64,000 nucleotides of DNA from Trichosphaerium sp. ATCC 40318 (taxonomy: Eukaryota > Protista > Tubulinea), in NCBI GenBank assembly GCA_038496445.1, contig JALMLS010000149.1, positions 235,363 through 299,362 on the forward strand. The letters are read 5' to 3'. This document shows positions 13,029-25,533 of this stretch, one piece after another (the first letter of the stretch is position 1; every line of letters begins with the position of its first letter). A program made the translations under genes and the position numbers. Below the pieces are notes generated by a model. It saw only the letters and a program-made list of their open reading frames with translations. It had not been told where the DNA came from and did no database searches.

Positions 13029-14819
13029 ATGGCTTTCATATTTAAAGGACCAAGAGCGCAACGCGTAGTAAAGCATGCACTAAAAGAGCGAGGTATGTTT
13101 TACGTAATTTATGTAACAAATAACACCTCACAAGGCTGGAAGATGATACCACCAGAAAGCACGGAAGAATGTAACCTTATATGGAGTAGAGGCAAGATTA
13201 CAATGACAATCCTCAGTTTAGGCTCTATGCGACATGCCTACGCGTAGAGACGCTTTTAACGAGTAAAATAGGCAGATTCATGAACAAAGCACCACAAAGG
13301 AAACAAACTGTATACAATCACTTTAACAGCCCTCAAACTGGCAACATCACAAAGAAATCAACAATGATAAACTGGTTCAAGCACCTAAAGCTTAAATTCG
13401 GAGATCCATTTTCATTCTTTCCTCGCTCATTCATTTACACCTCAGAGCGCGCTGAAGTCGCCAATGAAGTTAATGATCGATTATGGATACTAAAGGTGCG
13501 TGCGATTTCATGCTAGTGCCAAAGTAACCCTCTTAAAAGCCTGCTGTCATGTCTGGAGGTCGTGGCATCAAAGTACTTGACAGGTTGCCAATCTTAAAAA
13601 AGCCAGATCTTTACAATTTCTGCTTGGATAAGACAGATACCTCTGATGTTAAGAATCCAGAATCTTTCAAAAAAGGATTGACATTTGTAGCTCAAGAATA
13701 TATACCTAACCCGTTACTGGTAAACGGCTACAAATTCGACTTACGTCTGTATCCTATTGACAAAAATATTTTGACATTCTTTCAATTTTTGCTTTTTCTT
13801 TTTCCTTGACATTCGAAAAGTTATGTTTTGGTAACGAATACCTCTCCTACACGCGCATACATTTACACTGATGGCTTTGTGCGTATGATCTCTAAAAAAT
13901 TGGTCTAACAGTACCTACTAGGCACGATTTTGTATAGAGGTATAGTAGCGCAATTATTAGTTAAAACCCTTAACATTGTTCAAGCCATACTCAAATGACA
14001 TACTCACAAACACACGTCATTTGACTAATCACAATTTACAAAGTCAAAATATTAAAAAAGCCAACAAAGAAATATTAGAAGCTTTTACAGAAGCTGTTGG
14101 TGGTGTTAATATTGATGGTGGATCTGCAAACCCAAAGAGAAGAGCAAAAGAATTATTTTTGTGGATGAGAGACCAAGGAATGGACTACAAGTTATGCTGG
14201 GAAAAGTGCGTAGTGATGAGTTTGTTTTTTTTTGAGCAAGTTGACGAACTATCACCAATAGGATGAAGGAAATTATTACACTTTCATTGATGCCTTTTGA
14301 TACATTCTTAAAGGACACTGAGCACCCTCATGCAAATCAATTTGAGATATTCGGTTATGATATCCTTCTCTTTTATTGTTTTGTTTCTCCACTTTTTTTC
14401 CTTCGGCAATAATACCCTTAACCAATGATACATTTTTTGATCGACGACAATTTTAAGCCATGGCTACTAGAAGTAAATTATGCGCCAAGTTTCGCTGTAG
14501 GCTCTCATCTTGACTATATTATAAAGGTAAAACGCATTAGATCCCTTTTTCTGCTTACACGTTCTAGCATTTTGTTGTTGATGATGCTATTAACTTGATG
14601 TTCGAAGAAGGTGTTCCTAGAGATTTTACTCAATGGGCAGATGAAAGCGTTAGGGGTGATTGGGAGCCTGTATTTGCTTCAAAAGATAGTATTAAAATCA
14701 AACAAGAGATACTAGAAGGGAAACATAATGAATATTTTGACGAACTTATGAAGAGTATTTATGAAACAAAATACAGCCTAGAAGCTAAGGCGAAAAAAGA
14801 GTCAGCTGCCAGCTCGTAA
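13029..14819 (+). CDS. Tubulin-tyrosine ligase-like (TTLL) protein
   Basis: WILK|PAVMSGGRGI, AQEYIPNPLLVNGYKFDLRL|YVLV, RHLTNHNLQ, FEIFGYD|FLIDDNFKPWLLEVNYAPS. Confidence 0.93.
13749..13820 (+). other. U12-type GT-AG intron in TTLL
   Basis: Donor GTATCCTA, branch TTTCCTTGAC 10 nt upstream of the AG end. Splicing restores FDLRLYVL. Confidence 0.85.
14360..14431 (+). other. U12-type AT-AC intron in TTLL
   Basis: Donor ATATCCTT, branch CCCTTAAC, acceptor TAC. Only this excision restores the conserved FGYDFLID motif. Confidence 0.92.
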
Positions 14820-15380
14820 AGCGAAATAATCGCATTTTTTCTTACGCTTACATAAGCGTTAAACGGGCAAAATAATACATTGAAGCCTTCAATAAACTAA
14901 AATACAAGTTTTGGTTATGAAGAAAAAAATGAACACGTTGTTATGAAAAATGTGAGTTTTCGTGTTTTTTTCTTACTATGCTCTCGTTTTTAGAGATAAA
15001 GAGGCATTTACATTAAATTATCTGCGCGACAAAGAGACGTTCTTAAAAAAAGCATTTTGTGAGTATGAAAATTGGTCGGAAAAAAACAAGTAAATGTCAA
15101 TAAATTTCTCACATTTTCGTAGTTTGGTAAAATATTTACTTCCCCTTTCCTCTTCTCCCTCGACCTTCCCCTTCAACGTTGTGTCCTCTACCACCAACTT
15201 TTTAAACAATACACACAAGTAATAAAAGCTCGAATTACGCAGCGGGTAAGAAAATAAAAAGAAAAGTGCCCACACGGCCCTATACGCTTTTTATTTAGAA
15301 CGAAATTCAATTTTATTATTTCCTTTCGCTTTTTTAAATGAATTTATTTATATAGACGTTGTCCTGCGTTTATAGTGCAA

Positions 15381-17265
15381 ATGACGGAATCAGTCGGCTT
15401 TAATAGAGTACTGGGTGAGCTTTCAATGGGCAAAAGGCCAATTCAACTTGCAACAGTTGTAGAATCGCCAGCAAAGCGTAGGCGCGTATCAAAATACCCA
15501 AAAGGTGGAGGATTTAAAAAAACAAACACTACTCCTTCGAAGAAGTCTGAAAATGAGGTACGAACACAAAAAAACTAAATTTGAAGCTACGGAACAAATA
15601 ATAGCGAGTAACGATTAAAATTTCTGTTGTTTTTTTTTCCAAATAGCGCCAACAGAATTCGAGACCTTTTTTCTTGCCTCACCCTCACTAAATCACTGCC
15701 TAGATCCAAAATCAACCAATGACCAATGTACCTCTATCTCCTGGGCAACACCTAACAGCTATGTCTGTACGTAGAAAGATATTAACCACATATTGTTAAA
15801 AACGAAACCACAACGCTATTTTCTCGCTTCGTAAACAAACTAACGAGTTCCCTAGAAGGACATTGATCCATCTACTATTTTCTTGTCTTTACCAAACAAT
15901 TATGCTCAATTGGGCGAAATACAAGAAGTGAAAGGTGCTAATATGCTTAACGACAAGCTTATGCTTCACGTTAAGTTTACAGGTAGTGAGCGACTTTAAA
16001 TATTACCTACCATTGCTCTAACGCGTACCTAGAAGCTGATGATTGGTGCTACGTCCCAGCCGAGTTTGCAAACAATCGGGCTCCCCAAGCCGTCATAAAG
16101 TTCTACCAAAGCCGACTGTGCTCTCCAAGCACAAGCGCTATTTTTACAGCGCCACCCGTCATGGCAACCGCAGCTTCGCCTTTGATTACCGTTGTACAGC
16201 AGCCACCAGCAAAGGCTGTTTACCAACGTCTGCTGAAGCCATTTCCAGCTGTTGCATTAGGTACGTGAACACTTTCAAGTAAAAGAAACTGCTTTACGGG
16301 TTCCAGTTTTTCGGTTTTTTTTCTCCTTTTACTTTATTCCTAAATGTCGTTTTTAGCTGGCATACCAGATAGATCCGAACAATTCTACGTTGAAGCCACT
16401 TTGTTACATAGTGGAACGAAGGCAGAATTAGACTTCTTGGTAGGTGGTAAAACATTAAACATTAATCCCGACTACCCAACCGGTACGCCACTTTTTTTGT
16501 GAACGTTAAAAAAATAGGAACCAACCCGTTTTTCTTTTGTAACCTGACCCTATTTTGTAGTCTTCAAAAAGCTGAAAATAACTACAACCTCTCAGCGCCA
16601 AGGGACGTTATTCCGTTTATGCTTTAAACTCAAGCGTTACGAAAATGAGCAGCTTGTAGATGTACCAGGTAACTACGCGCATTTCAATAATATTTTTTTT
16701 ATCCCTTCTTTGCCCTTCTAACTTTATAACTGTAGGCGGTACTATTACTACTGTGCCAATTGAAGTGTTTTCTCATACTACATACTTGAAGAAAGAGAGT
16801 AAGTTTCGATGACGCGTTTGTTCGATGTTTTACTTATTTCCCTCTGTAGAAACAGTTACGCATGTTTGCCCTAGCATTACAAGAATCATTCCGGATAATG
16901 GTACAAAGAATTTTTGCGAAGACTTTCCCCTTTTTTCTTTGCTTTTCTGTTCTTGTTACTAACTCATGCTCAAGGTCCTCTTGCTGGTGGTAATACGGTT
17001 GCTGTGCTTGGTACAGCTCTTGGTAGTGGGTCAGTGAGAGAACTGTGGTTTGGCTCTAAGAAAGTACGCTTTTAGGAAACTCGCGTTACCCGACCTGTTT
17101 ATTTATTGATTGTTTTTCAAGGTGTCTGTACAACTCCATGATGTAAGTACGCTCCTATGTACAGTGCCAAAAGGAATGGCAAAAGGAGAAATAGTGGCTG
17201 TGCGCTTGCACGATCCCAGAGAAGACTACGCCTCAGAAGGTGCTCTCTCATATCATTACTGTTAA
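15381..17265 (+). CDS. CudA/STAT-like transcription factor with N-terminal chromoshadow domain and C-terminal IPT/TIG domain
   Basis: CSD-like EVKGANMLNDKLMLHVKFTEADDWCYVPAEFANNRAPQAVIKFYQSRL. CudA-like QQPPAKAVYQRLLKPFP...FKKLKITTTSQRQGTLFRLCF...PIEVFSH. IPT-like PSITRIIPDNGPLAGGNTVAVLG...TLLCTVP. Confidence 0.85.
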
Positions 17266-17384
17266 AATTTATGTTTTGTGTTTCAATGCGTTAATAAAAT
17301 GTCCAAAAAAACAAAATGTCTTTGAGTGGTACAATGGTATTTTTCTTGTTTACTTGGGTGTCTCATACAAATATATGGGCAGCC

Positions 17385-17778
17385 TTATTTGTTTGCTGGA
17401 GGTTGTGCATCACGCAAAGATGTCATTACGTTTTTAACTTGGTGGAATTCTTCTTCTAGCGCTTTGTTTAGTGCTTCTTTGGTGAGTCTTCCAATTTCCT
17501 GGGGTTGTTCGTGTGCTAGCTCTGGGTCTACGATAATATCATCACAAATTGTAGTAAATTCTATACGAATGGTATTAGTAGGTAGCTGGAGCGTAGGGCA
17601 CGTACGTGACGACTTTGCTAGTTTGACAATAACCTTTCCGCCTAAACTCATGGTTAATTTTGCATTATAATGCGTCCATACAGTTAGATTTGCCAACGCA
17701 TTTGATTTGGCTGACTTTGTTTTGCATTTGGCTCATTTGAGGAGCAAACATCTTTTGTGCGAAATTGGCGAAGTTCAT
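17385..17778 (-). CDS. YbaB/EbfC-family nucleoid-associated protein homolog (2 introns)
   Basis: The spliced product AQKMFAPQMSQMQNKVSQIKCVGKSNCGKVIVKL...DIIVDPELAHEQPQEIGRLTKEALNKAL aligns by eye to the YbaB pattern (QQMQEKM...EVTGESGAGLVKV...IDPSLL..D.EMLEDLVAAAFNDA). Confidence 0.7.
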
Positions 17779-17857
17779 TGTGAAGTGGTATTGTTTGTAG
17801 GATCTTTACGAAAAATGTAAGGCTGGCTTAAAGTGGTTTGTCTTTTGTATTGCGAAG

Positions 17858-19982
17858 ATGAGCGCAGAGAAGCGACTATGCATCGCTATGATGTCTGATT
17901 TCTATTACCCAAAGATGGGAGGCGTCGAGCTGCACATTTTTCAACTGTCGCAATGTCTTATCGCTAGAGGTCACAAAGTAGCTAAATCACGCTTTACGTA
18001 CCTTTTTGTAACGTTCAGTAGGTTATTGTCGTTACACATGCTTATGGCGATCGAAAAGGCATTAGATACATGACAAATGGTCTGAAAGTATACTACGTAT
18101 CCCAAATGCCAATTTACAAAGGAACAAGCTATCCAACAGCAATTGTTTCAACATTATTCCCTGTAGTACGTAAAATATGGATACGAGAACGTGTAGATGT
18201 AGTTCACGCTCATCAGGTACAATTAGCTGACGTTGCAATTTTTTTTGATTGGCTTCAAATTCTGACACTTACAAGGCTTTCTCAGTAATAGGCCTAGAGA
18301 GTTTAATACTCGCTGGGTTATTGGGATATAGAACAATGTACCACATTCGCTTTTTTTTACTCTGAACGAAAAACAATGTCGACTTCTTTTTTATTTTCAG
18401 CTTTTTTTTACTCTTGTGTTTAGTTTCACAGACCATTCTCTATTTGGATTTGCAGATTCTTCTAGTATACTAGTAAATAAGGTATTAAAGTATTGTCTAA
18501 CGGATGTCAGTCATTGTATTTGCGTATCTCACACAAGGCACGCGAATTGATTTAAAAAAAAATACTTGTCTTTTTTTTTCGCTTTTATATCTAATGGCTA
18601 TTTAAAGCAAAGAAAATACAGTGTTACGTGCTGCCCTTGATCCATATGATGTATCAGTTATACCAAATGCAATAGACAACGCTAAATTCTCACCAGATCC
18701 CAGTAATATAAAAAATCCTGAAACCAGTGCGTGACAATTTTTTTTTTTGTAATCACAATTTCTAATGTTTTTGAAAGTAACAATATGCGTGTTGAGTCGG
18801 TTGGAGTATCGTAAAGGAATGGATTTACTAGTAGATGTGGTAACTCATAAAAATAGAATATATTCAAAACATGACTTACCATTATACTCAAGGTGCCTAT
18901 GATATGCGAAAAGTACCCACATATCAAATTTTGCATAGGTAAAAAAAAAAACTTTAACAAATAGAGCCATTAAGCAAGTTTGTTCATGAGTTATTGTAGG
19001 AGGGGATGGTGATAAGAGATTAGATATAGAAGAAATGATTGAACGTAATAGACTTGAAGATAAGGTATCAATGCTAGGAAGGATTCCCCATGCAAACGCA
19101 AAAAAGGTAAAAAAAAAAAATCTTCAATATATTACTAAGCACGTTAGTTTCTAACACAAGGGCATATTTTCCTTAATTGTTCCCTTACAGAAGCTTTTTG
19201 TATAGCTATTGTAGAAGCTGCTGCTTGTGGTCTTCTAGTTGTATCCACACGCGTTGGAGGAGTACCAGAAGTTCTACCACCGAGTATAATGAAGATGGCA
19301 AATCCAAGTGCAGACGGTACGCAGTTTATACAGTGGCATCATCACCAACTGTATGTTTGAAAGGCAATTGTGGAAATCCTATTTTTGTTATTGTAACTAC
19401 GTCATCTTGAGATGCACTTATGCTTCTTTTATACTGAAAAGTTTGCTCTTCTAATTTCTCAATCGCAGATATTTTTGTAAAACTATGTGAGGCTATAGAG
19501 GATGTTAAGGTTAATTTTGATCCACATAAGATACATGATGAAGTAAAGACAATGTATAATTGGTATTACACTGCTGAACGTACAGAGATGGTCTACAATA
19601 AAGTTTTAGAGGAGCCAACTGCTCCTTTGTTAGAAAGGTAAAAACACAAATCAAGAAAGATCCTCATCGATATCTCGTCTGAATCTTTCTTAGGATGAAA
19701 CGATACTATGGATGTGGCATATGGGCTGGTAAGACATTATTATCAGCTTTAAACCTTTGTTGTTTCAAAATCCTATCACGTGACACGTGGATAATGTCAC
19801 GATTTTGTTTTTTTTGGCTTGGGTTTTTTTAATGTGTTTTGTTAGGCAAGTTGTTTGTTTGTTTTACATTGATGATATATCTGTATTGTATATTATTAGA
19901 GTGGCTATCTCCAAAAAAAGATGTAGAGATTGCAAGGGACTTTCCTTCGAAGTTAACAAAGAAAAGCACAAAATGTGACTGA
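17858..19982 (+). CDS. PIGA: Phosphatidylinositol N-acetylglucosaminyltransferase subunit A (GPI3)
   Basis: [36 protein letters not shown]|[30 protein letters not shown]. Confidence 0.97.
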
Positions 19983-20663
19983 TGCGCGCCTTGTACAGTA
20001 GTAATGAGAAATAAAAATAACCTTTCTGGCGTTTGTAACTCAGGCGTTCAAGTCATTAATGGTACTACAAACTATCACTATCATATAGTAATAAGTAATG
20101 GAGCTCTTCAAGAGACGACAGTGCTCAGTTAAATGTTTGCTAATATCAATGTCCAATCAGCTTCTTCTCCAATCTGCTTTTGCTGTTTATCAGTGCCTGT
20201 TGTTTGACTGACATACCTAATGAGTAATTACTACGACTACATGCAAAAAGAATGAGAGGCTTTGGTATCTTTGTTAAGGAATTCACTCATGTAGACCCAC
20301 ATTGTTGGTAACAGCATTCTACAATGCCTGCTGCAATCAGAATTACTATTAAGAACTGAAATTTATGTACCCTAACGAAGGTAACAGCACAATGTGAGCA
20401 CGGCTCTAAAGGTCAACTAAGAGCGGCAACTACGACAGCCATGGGTTTGCGCATGACAGGCAGTTTTTAATTTGGCGGTGACCAACCCGCTGAGTGGTAG
20501 AAGAACCAAGCGCTCATCCTTTTGTACACGTACAAACATTAAAAAAATAAATTGTGGGATACACTTCACTGAAATATCCACCTAAAATACTCAAATATGG
20601 ATAATGCACATTTGAAAACGCTCACAAACCCTTTTGTAGCCAGTTTAATGTGTGATAATAGTA

Positions 20664-22019
20664 TTAGCGATGTTTTTGGTTCTCAAAACGTGCTAGTAAG
20701 CGATCACTTTGTGTTTTCCACTTGTACTCTTCAGGAATTCGTTTTCTTTACTGTATCGCACATCTTGGGTACAATGAATGGTTTGTATGTTCGTTTGGCA
20801 TTGCACAAAAGGAATTGTGTATAGATATTCGTTGCATGGTCGCCCAAGAAACGACGATACGAAACTTGTGAGCGAAGTGTTGTTTTTTCCTTTTTTGGGT
20901 GTTTTCATGTCGTTTCATTTGTACGTTGCTGTCAGTGTCCTTTCATTTCTAGCCACCAATGGTGCCTTTTAAAATGGAAATCCATCCTGTTGTGTAATAA
21001 TGAAGTGTAGCCTTTTTTGTCCTGTAATATGACTGCGCTGCATTCAAAGAGCTTGTCTCAAAGTAATCTGCTGAAAGAAAAGCAGCCAACTCTAGCACTT
21101 CACTTTGTGATACTTGTATTGGTTGCGTCCCAGTTTTAAATCCAATAACCAGATTAAAAGGGTACTAGAGATTATAATAAAAAAGTAAGAATGATCTACA
21201 ATGAAAAATCACAGCGAAGTTGGTAAAAAAAGGAAGTTGAAACTGTGGAGTGAAGAGGAATTTGTTTTTTCGTACTGTAAGGTTGTTGTCTACAATAGAA
21301 GCAATACGTTCAAACGACTTTTTGTCTTCGAGAAAAACAACAAGTGCTTGGCCATGATACCTCTTTCCTACTCCATAATTTCCAATATCGTCAAGAGGAG
21401 TCAAAATTCCAATATAAGCTGGCCTGATCCCTCCTCTTTTACCTCCACTTAAATCCATGGCCGAGGAGTGAGGGTACATAGAGGTATGTACTGATTCTTC
21501 AAGAACATCATTTTGGCTATTTTGAGGTTTATCAGGGTATTTAAGTGCAAAGAACTGCGAATTAAACTCTGAGTAAGAAGGGTGACATGTTTCAAACAAT
21601 TTAGCTGGTGATGATGATTCAAACGTTGAGTTTGATATCCTAATGAACATTTATCCGGCAAAATATAATCTTCAAGCTGGTAACGATCACGTGTTGTGGT
21701 TAAACGTTTAACCAAAACCAACAAGAAATAGCTTGACCTTATTTTCGAAGCACATATTTAGTTGAAACAGGCAGCTAAAAGTAGTTAATGTGGACACTTC
21801 AATTCAGTTGCTTACAATATCAAACAATGCTCGTTAAGTTCATATTATGTGTTATTAATAAAGAATCAAAACTGTTTGGTAGCTTTTTCACAGTCTAAAG
21901 TGTGTACTCCAGCCAATGCTTTAATACCGTCGTTTGTTACTACTGTCTTTGCTAAACCAATATCATACACTCAAGCAAATGCAATGAGACTCACAGAGCT
22001 CGAAAGACAAGTTGTTCAT
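20664..22019 (-). CDS. Divergent Ras-like (probably inactive) GTPase-fold protein; gene model uncertain
   Basis: ALVVFLEDKKSFERI and VSQSEVLELAAFLSADYFETSS resemble C-terminal small-GTPase elements. No intact P-loop was found and the exon chain is not fully resolved. Confidence 0.35.
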
Positions 22020-22047
22020 TACATTTTATTTAATATTTTAAGTTGTT

Positions 22048-25030
22048 TTATACACCCAAGCATTGTATGGCATCTGATAACATATCCACAAGATCGTTAC
22101 CACTCATTTCGAGTACAGAAATAAAGCGAATATCAATAGATCCTTTGTACGTATCAAGGTTAAGCATTGTGCATATTTCTTCTCTGATTTTGTTATGTGT
22201 TTTATTCCCAACAAGGTCTGAAAAACATTATTGTCAACGAACAGCAGCTAGTACAAAAAAAATGCCTCTTGGGTACGTACCGAGCATGTTTATCAATATA
22301 AGCAATGGCGGATATTGTTGACCAATGCCATAAGTATAAAAGGTTTTGAACGTCTGGTCCCAGAATTCTTGGCATTCTTTTTTATAAAATTCATCCATCA
22401 CTGCACTAAAGTATTTACAGTAATGAGTATCACGTGACCAAGATAAACACAAAGTGTAACAATAATTGTGAGTACATACCTGCACATACAAACTAGAAGA
22501 TCAGTGTTTGTGTAGTAATGTCTATAAAGCCTAGAGTGACAAGTAAGTTATTGTACAGAGGAATCAATTTGTTTTACGGCCAAAGTCGTTTGTTCCCTCC
22601 AATGTCCCATACTGTTGCATGAACATTTGATTCAAGTGGTATAGTTTCAACATTAAATCCTGCTGTAGGAACTGTATTAAAACAACCTACACGTGATATT
22701 AAATACGACAGGTAAGAAAACGAGTTTGTTCTTACCTTTTTTCCTCTCGTAGTAAGGTTTGTTTGTTATCCAGTAATGCATCTTGAGTAGAAATAATGTC
22801 TTTCCCACTATAAAATAAAATAAATTGAAAATGTCATCGTCCAGCCACATATCAACTTATTTTTGAGAAAATCCCCTTACCATGCTCTGTCCCTAGTGTG
22901 AGTACACGTATGTGTTTTATCTGTCTAAAGAATAAAAGATTTCTAAACCACCTTGATGATTGTTTTTGAATTGAATTCGAGTTATTTACAGGATCTTTTT
23001 CTAAGTTGCCCCAGAACCCACGACGAGCTCTTCAAAAATCCATCATTAGTTCACGTATCGTAGTAAATGGAAGTGTTTATGATTTTCTTACCTGAGTACA
23101 TAAATTTGAAGCCACGTGAGACGTTTTTGTTTAATCAAGAAATTGGAAATATCATCTTCAATTGAAGATGGTATTTTGAAATCTCTCCTTGTTATTGCCT
23201 CCCACATATTTTCATAACGCATTATTTCAGAGAAGTATTTACTAGCTGTTCCAAGAATTATAATATCTCTTCCAGATAGGTAACCGAATATATACAAAAG
23301 AAGCTCATTACAACAACATGAAAAGGCTCCCAAACCTAAACCAAAAAAAAAGTTAATAACATAAAATTAACAAAGAAAAACATTGAACACTTGTCATGCT
23401 GTACCAAACTCTGGATCGTGATCAAAATTAGTATCAGAAATAAAAGTAGAAGGTGATGGACTTATACAAACTAGTGTATGCATATAACCACACGCAATAG
23501 ATAAGACTCTACAATGTGGGATGCCCTAAATTCCATTTAGCCAAAAAAAAAGTGCACTTGAAGCTAAAGCTTGTTTTTACGTTTATGACACTTGGTTTAG
23601 ATATAACATCGCTCTCTTCAATTATGCCCAACTGGCCATGCAGATTAGAACCTAAATAGATTCCGTTAGATCCATCTAATACTTGAAACGCACCAAAACC
23701 ATAGAGCCCTTTATTTGTGCAAACAATTGAATGTGCACAATGTAAACCTCCGCTAGCTGCCACAAGCAGTGCTCGCTCTTCATCGTACGGAAATTGAACG
23801 AGTTCTGGTAAATATCTATCATGTGTATCACCTAGTCCTTTACAAAAGGTACTTAAGAAGAGAATGTGAAGTCTCTGTGACTTATACCTGTCTCGCCATA
23901 TTTACCACGCCCAAAACTATATAATTTGTCATCGGTTGTAACAACAAGTGTATGATAATCGCCGGCAGTAATAGAACCGACACGATCGTTAAAAGGTTTA
24001 AAATCTAGTGCTGAAGCAACTGGTAGACATAGCACTTCTCTTGTATCAAATCCAAGTTGACCAAAACGATTACTGCCCCTAGAGTAGTGTGATGAACAGT
24101 TCAAACTAATCTTCTGCAAAATCTGTTCTTACCACGTGAATAGCGTGCCTTCAGAGGATATTGCAACAGAGTGTAACCCTCCTGCAGCAACAGCTGTGAA
24201 TGTAGTACCATTACGACGCTTTCCAAAAGGATCACGTTTCCACTAAAATGAGTTAATACTGCAGGAATAAAACCGGAATATTAAGGATGTTCTATTGTAC
24301 CGTGTCAAATGTTGTAAGTTTTATAGGATTGGTTTCGTCTTTTCTGGACATTGGTACACCCAACTGACCATCAGAATTTATACCAAATGCGTATAAACTC
24401 CCTACAACAAAAGTATATCAGTCAGACGTGAGTCGTACATTAAACTAAAAAAAGCATTCCTAAAAACAGCTTTTTTCTATTTTTGTACCGTCTTTGCTTA
24501 AAATCAATGTATGAACACCACCACAAGATACAAACGTGACAAAACAGTTGGTATCAGGCATAGGAACTATTTTCGGCTTTGCATCAGACGCTGTGGTTTC
24601 TAAAACGAGTAAGTAAACCGGTATTATTTGAAAATCTTGTACTATGACAGCGTTTGGTCCAAGAGATCAATTTACCGCTTGTGGTCCAAGCTAGGGCTTG
24701 TGTTGCGCCAGCTGAAATGCCACAGACGTCAAAGGAACGCAAAGCCGTTATTTCGTTTGGAAAATTACCATACGCATCTCCCCACGCATAAACAGCGTGG
24801 TCTTGGGTTAAAGCGAGTGAAAAAGCGCCTTTTTAGCATTAACATTTTAAACAAGCGAACAACGAATGACCAGCACCTCCACAAGCAACTTTTACAACCT
24901 CTTTTGTATGAAAAAGTGGAATTGGAACTTTCTGCTGCACAATTACTTCGTTTTCATCATTTTCCATGCCAAGCTGACCATGACCTCCAAAACCGAATGA
25001 AAATACGCTCGCCGGTACATCTTGTTCCAT
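22048..25030 (-). CDS. RCC1-repeat + F-box + Arf-like GTPase fusion protein
   Basis: Multiple RCC1 repeats (FGFGGHGQLG, GSNRFGQLG, AGDYHT) spliced in frame to an F-box (NELLLYIFGYLSGRDII), then GTEHVGKT...TVPTAGFNVETI...WDIGGN...LYRHYY...LINMLD. Confidence 0.82.
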
Positions 25031-25325
25031 TGTGTTGTGTAACTAGCAGTAACTTCTCAAAAAAGAAACACGTGCGAGGTTGGATAGTCAACTGTATTAT
25101 TTAACGACGCTTTTGTAAAGTCTTTGCTATCAGAGGTATAATGAAGGTTTACACTGCCACTGTTTAAGTTTGGTTTTCACACCTTTTTAGAAAGATTAAG
25201 GCAAAATAAGATAACTGTCACCTTGTTGAAACCCTTTTTTAGCACCTAAACTTATAATGGCTTTAGCGGTCACATGAGGATTAACGTATATAGTATGAAC
25301 ACCAGCCAAAGTCTTACTACAATAT

Positions 25326-25533
25326 TGTCCGTATCATTCAAGTTTGCTAAACTTTTTGCTGTTTGTGACTTTTGGTTTTCGTGTTTAGTCAGATCTGACA
25401 GATCTTGCAACTTCTGTTAGTTCTTACAAGATCTTGTTAGTTCTTGCAAGATCTATCAGATCTGCTAGTTCTTGCAAGATCTTACACTTTGATACTTCTG
25501 CCAAACCTGTCGCAAACTTGAATGATACGGACA
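25326..25533. mobile_element. Non-autonomous TIR element (MITE-like), 208 bp, 22-bp perfect TIRs, putative ATAT target-site duplication
   Basis: tgtccgtatcattcaagtttgc (25326-25347) is the exact reverse complement of 25512-25533. ATAT flanks both ends, and there are internal ~19-bp repeats. Confidence 0.7.
25416..25482. repeat. Three ~19-bp direct repeats gYtagttcttRcaagatct inside the TIR element
   Basis: Copies start at 25416, 25436 and 25464. They contain the palindromes TCTTGCAAGA and AGATCT. Confidence 0.9.

Noticed and set aside
20100-20620. Possible small minus-strand gene, snRNA-like segment (tttgcgca..., aatttgg plus hairpin), GTATCCCA donor, TTCCTTAAC motif, and in-frame TGA in 'ALS*PLEPC'
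   Set aside because: The signals do not combine into a coherent U12 intron, snRNA or selenoprotein, and several frames are equally plausible.
25391-25482. Short repeats that might suggest a CRISPR array
   Set aside because: Spacers are only 1-9 nt, there are no cas genes, and the context is eukaryotic. Better explained as internal repeats of the TIR element.
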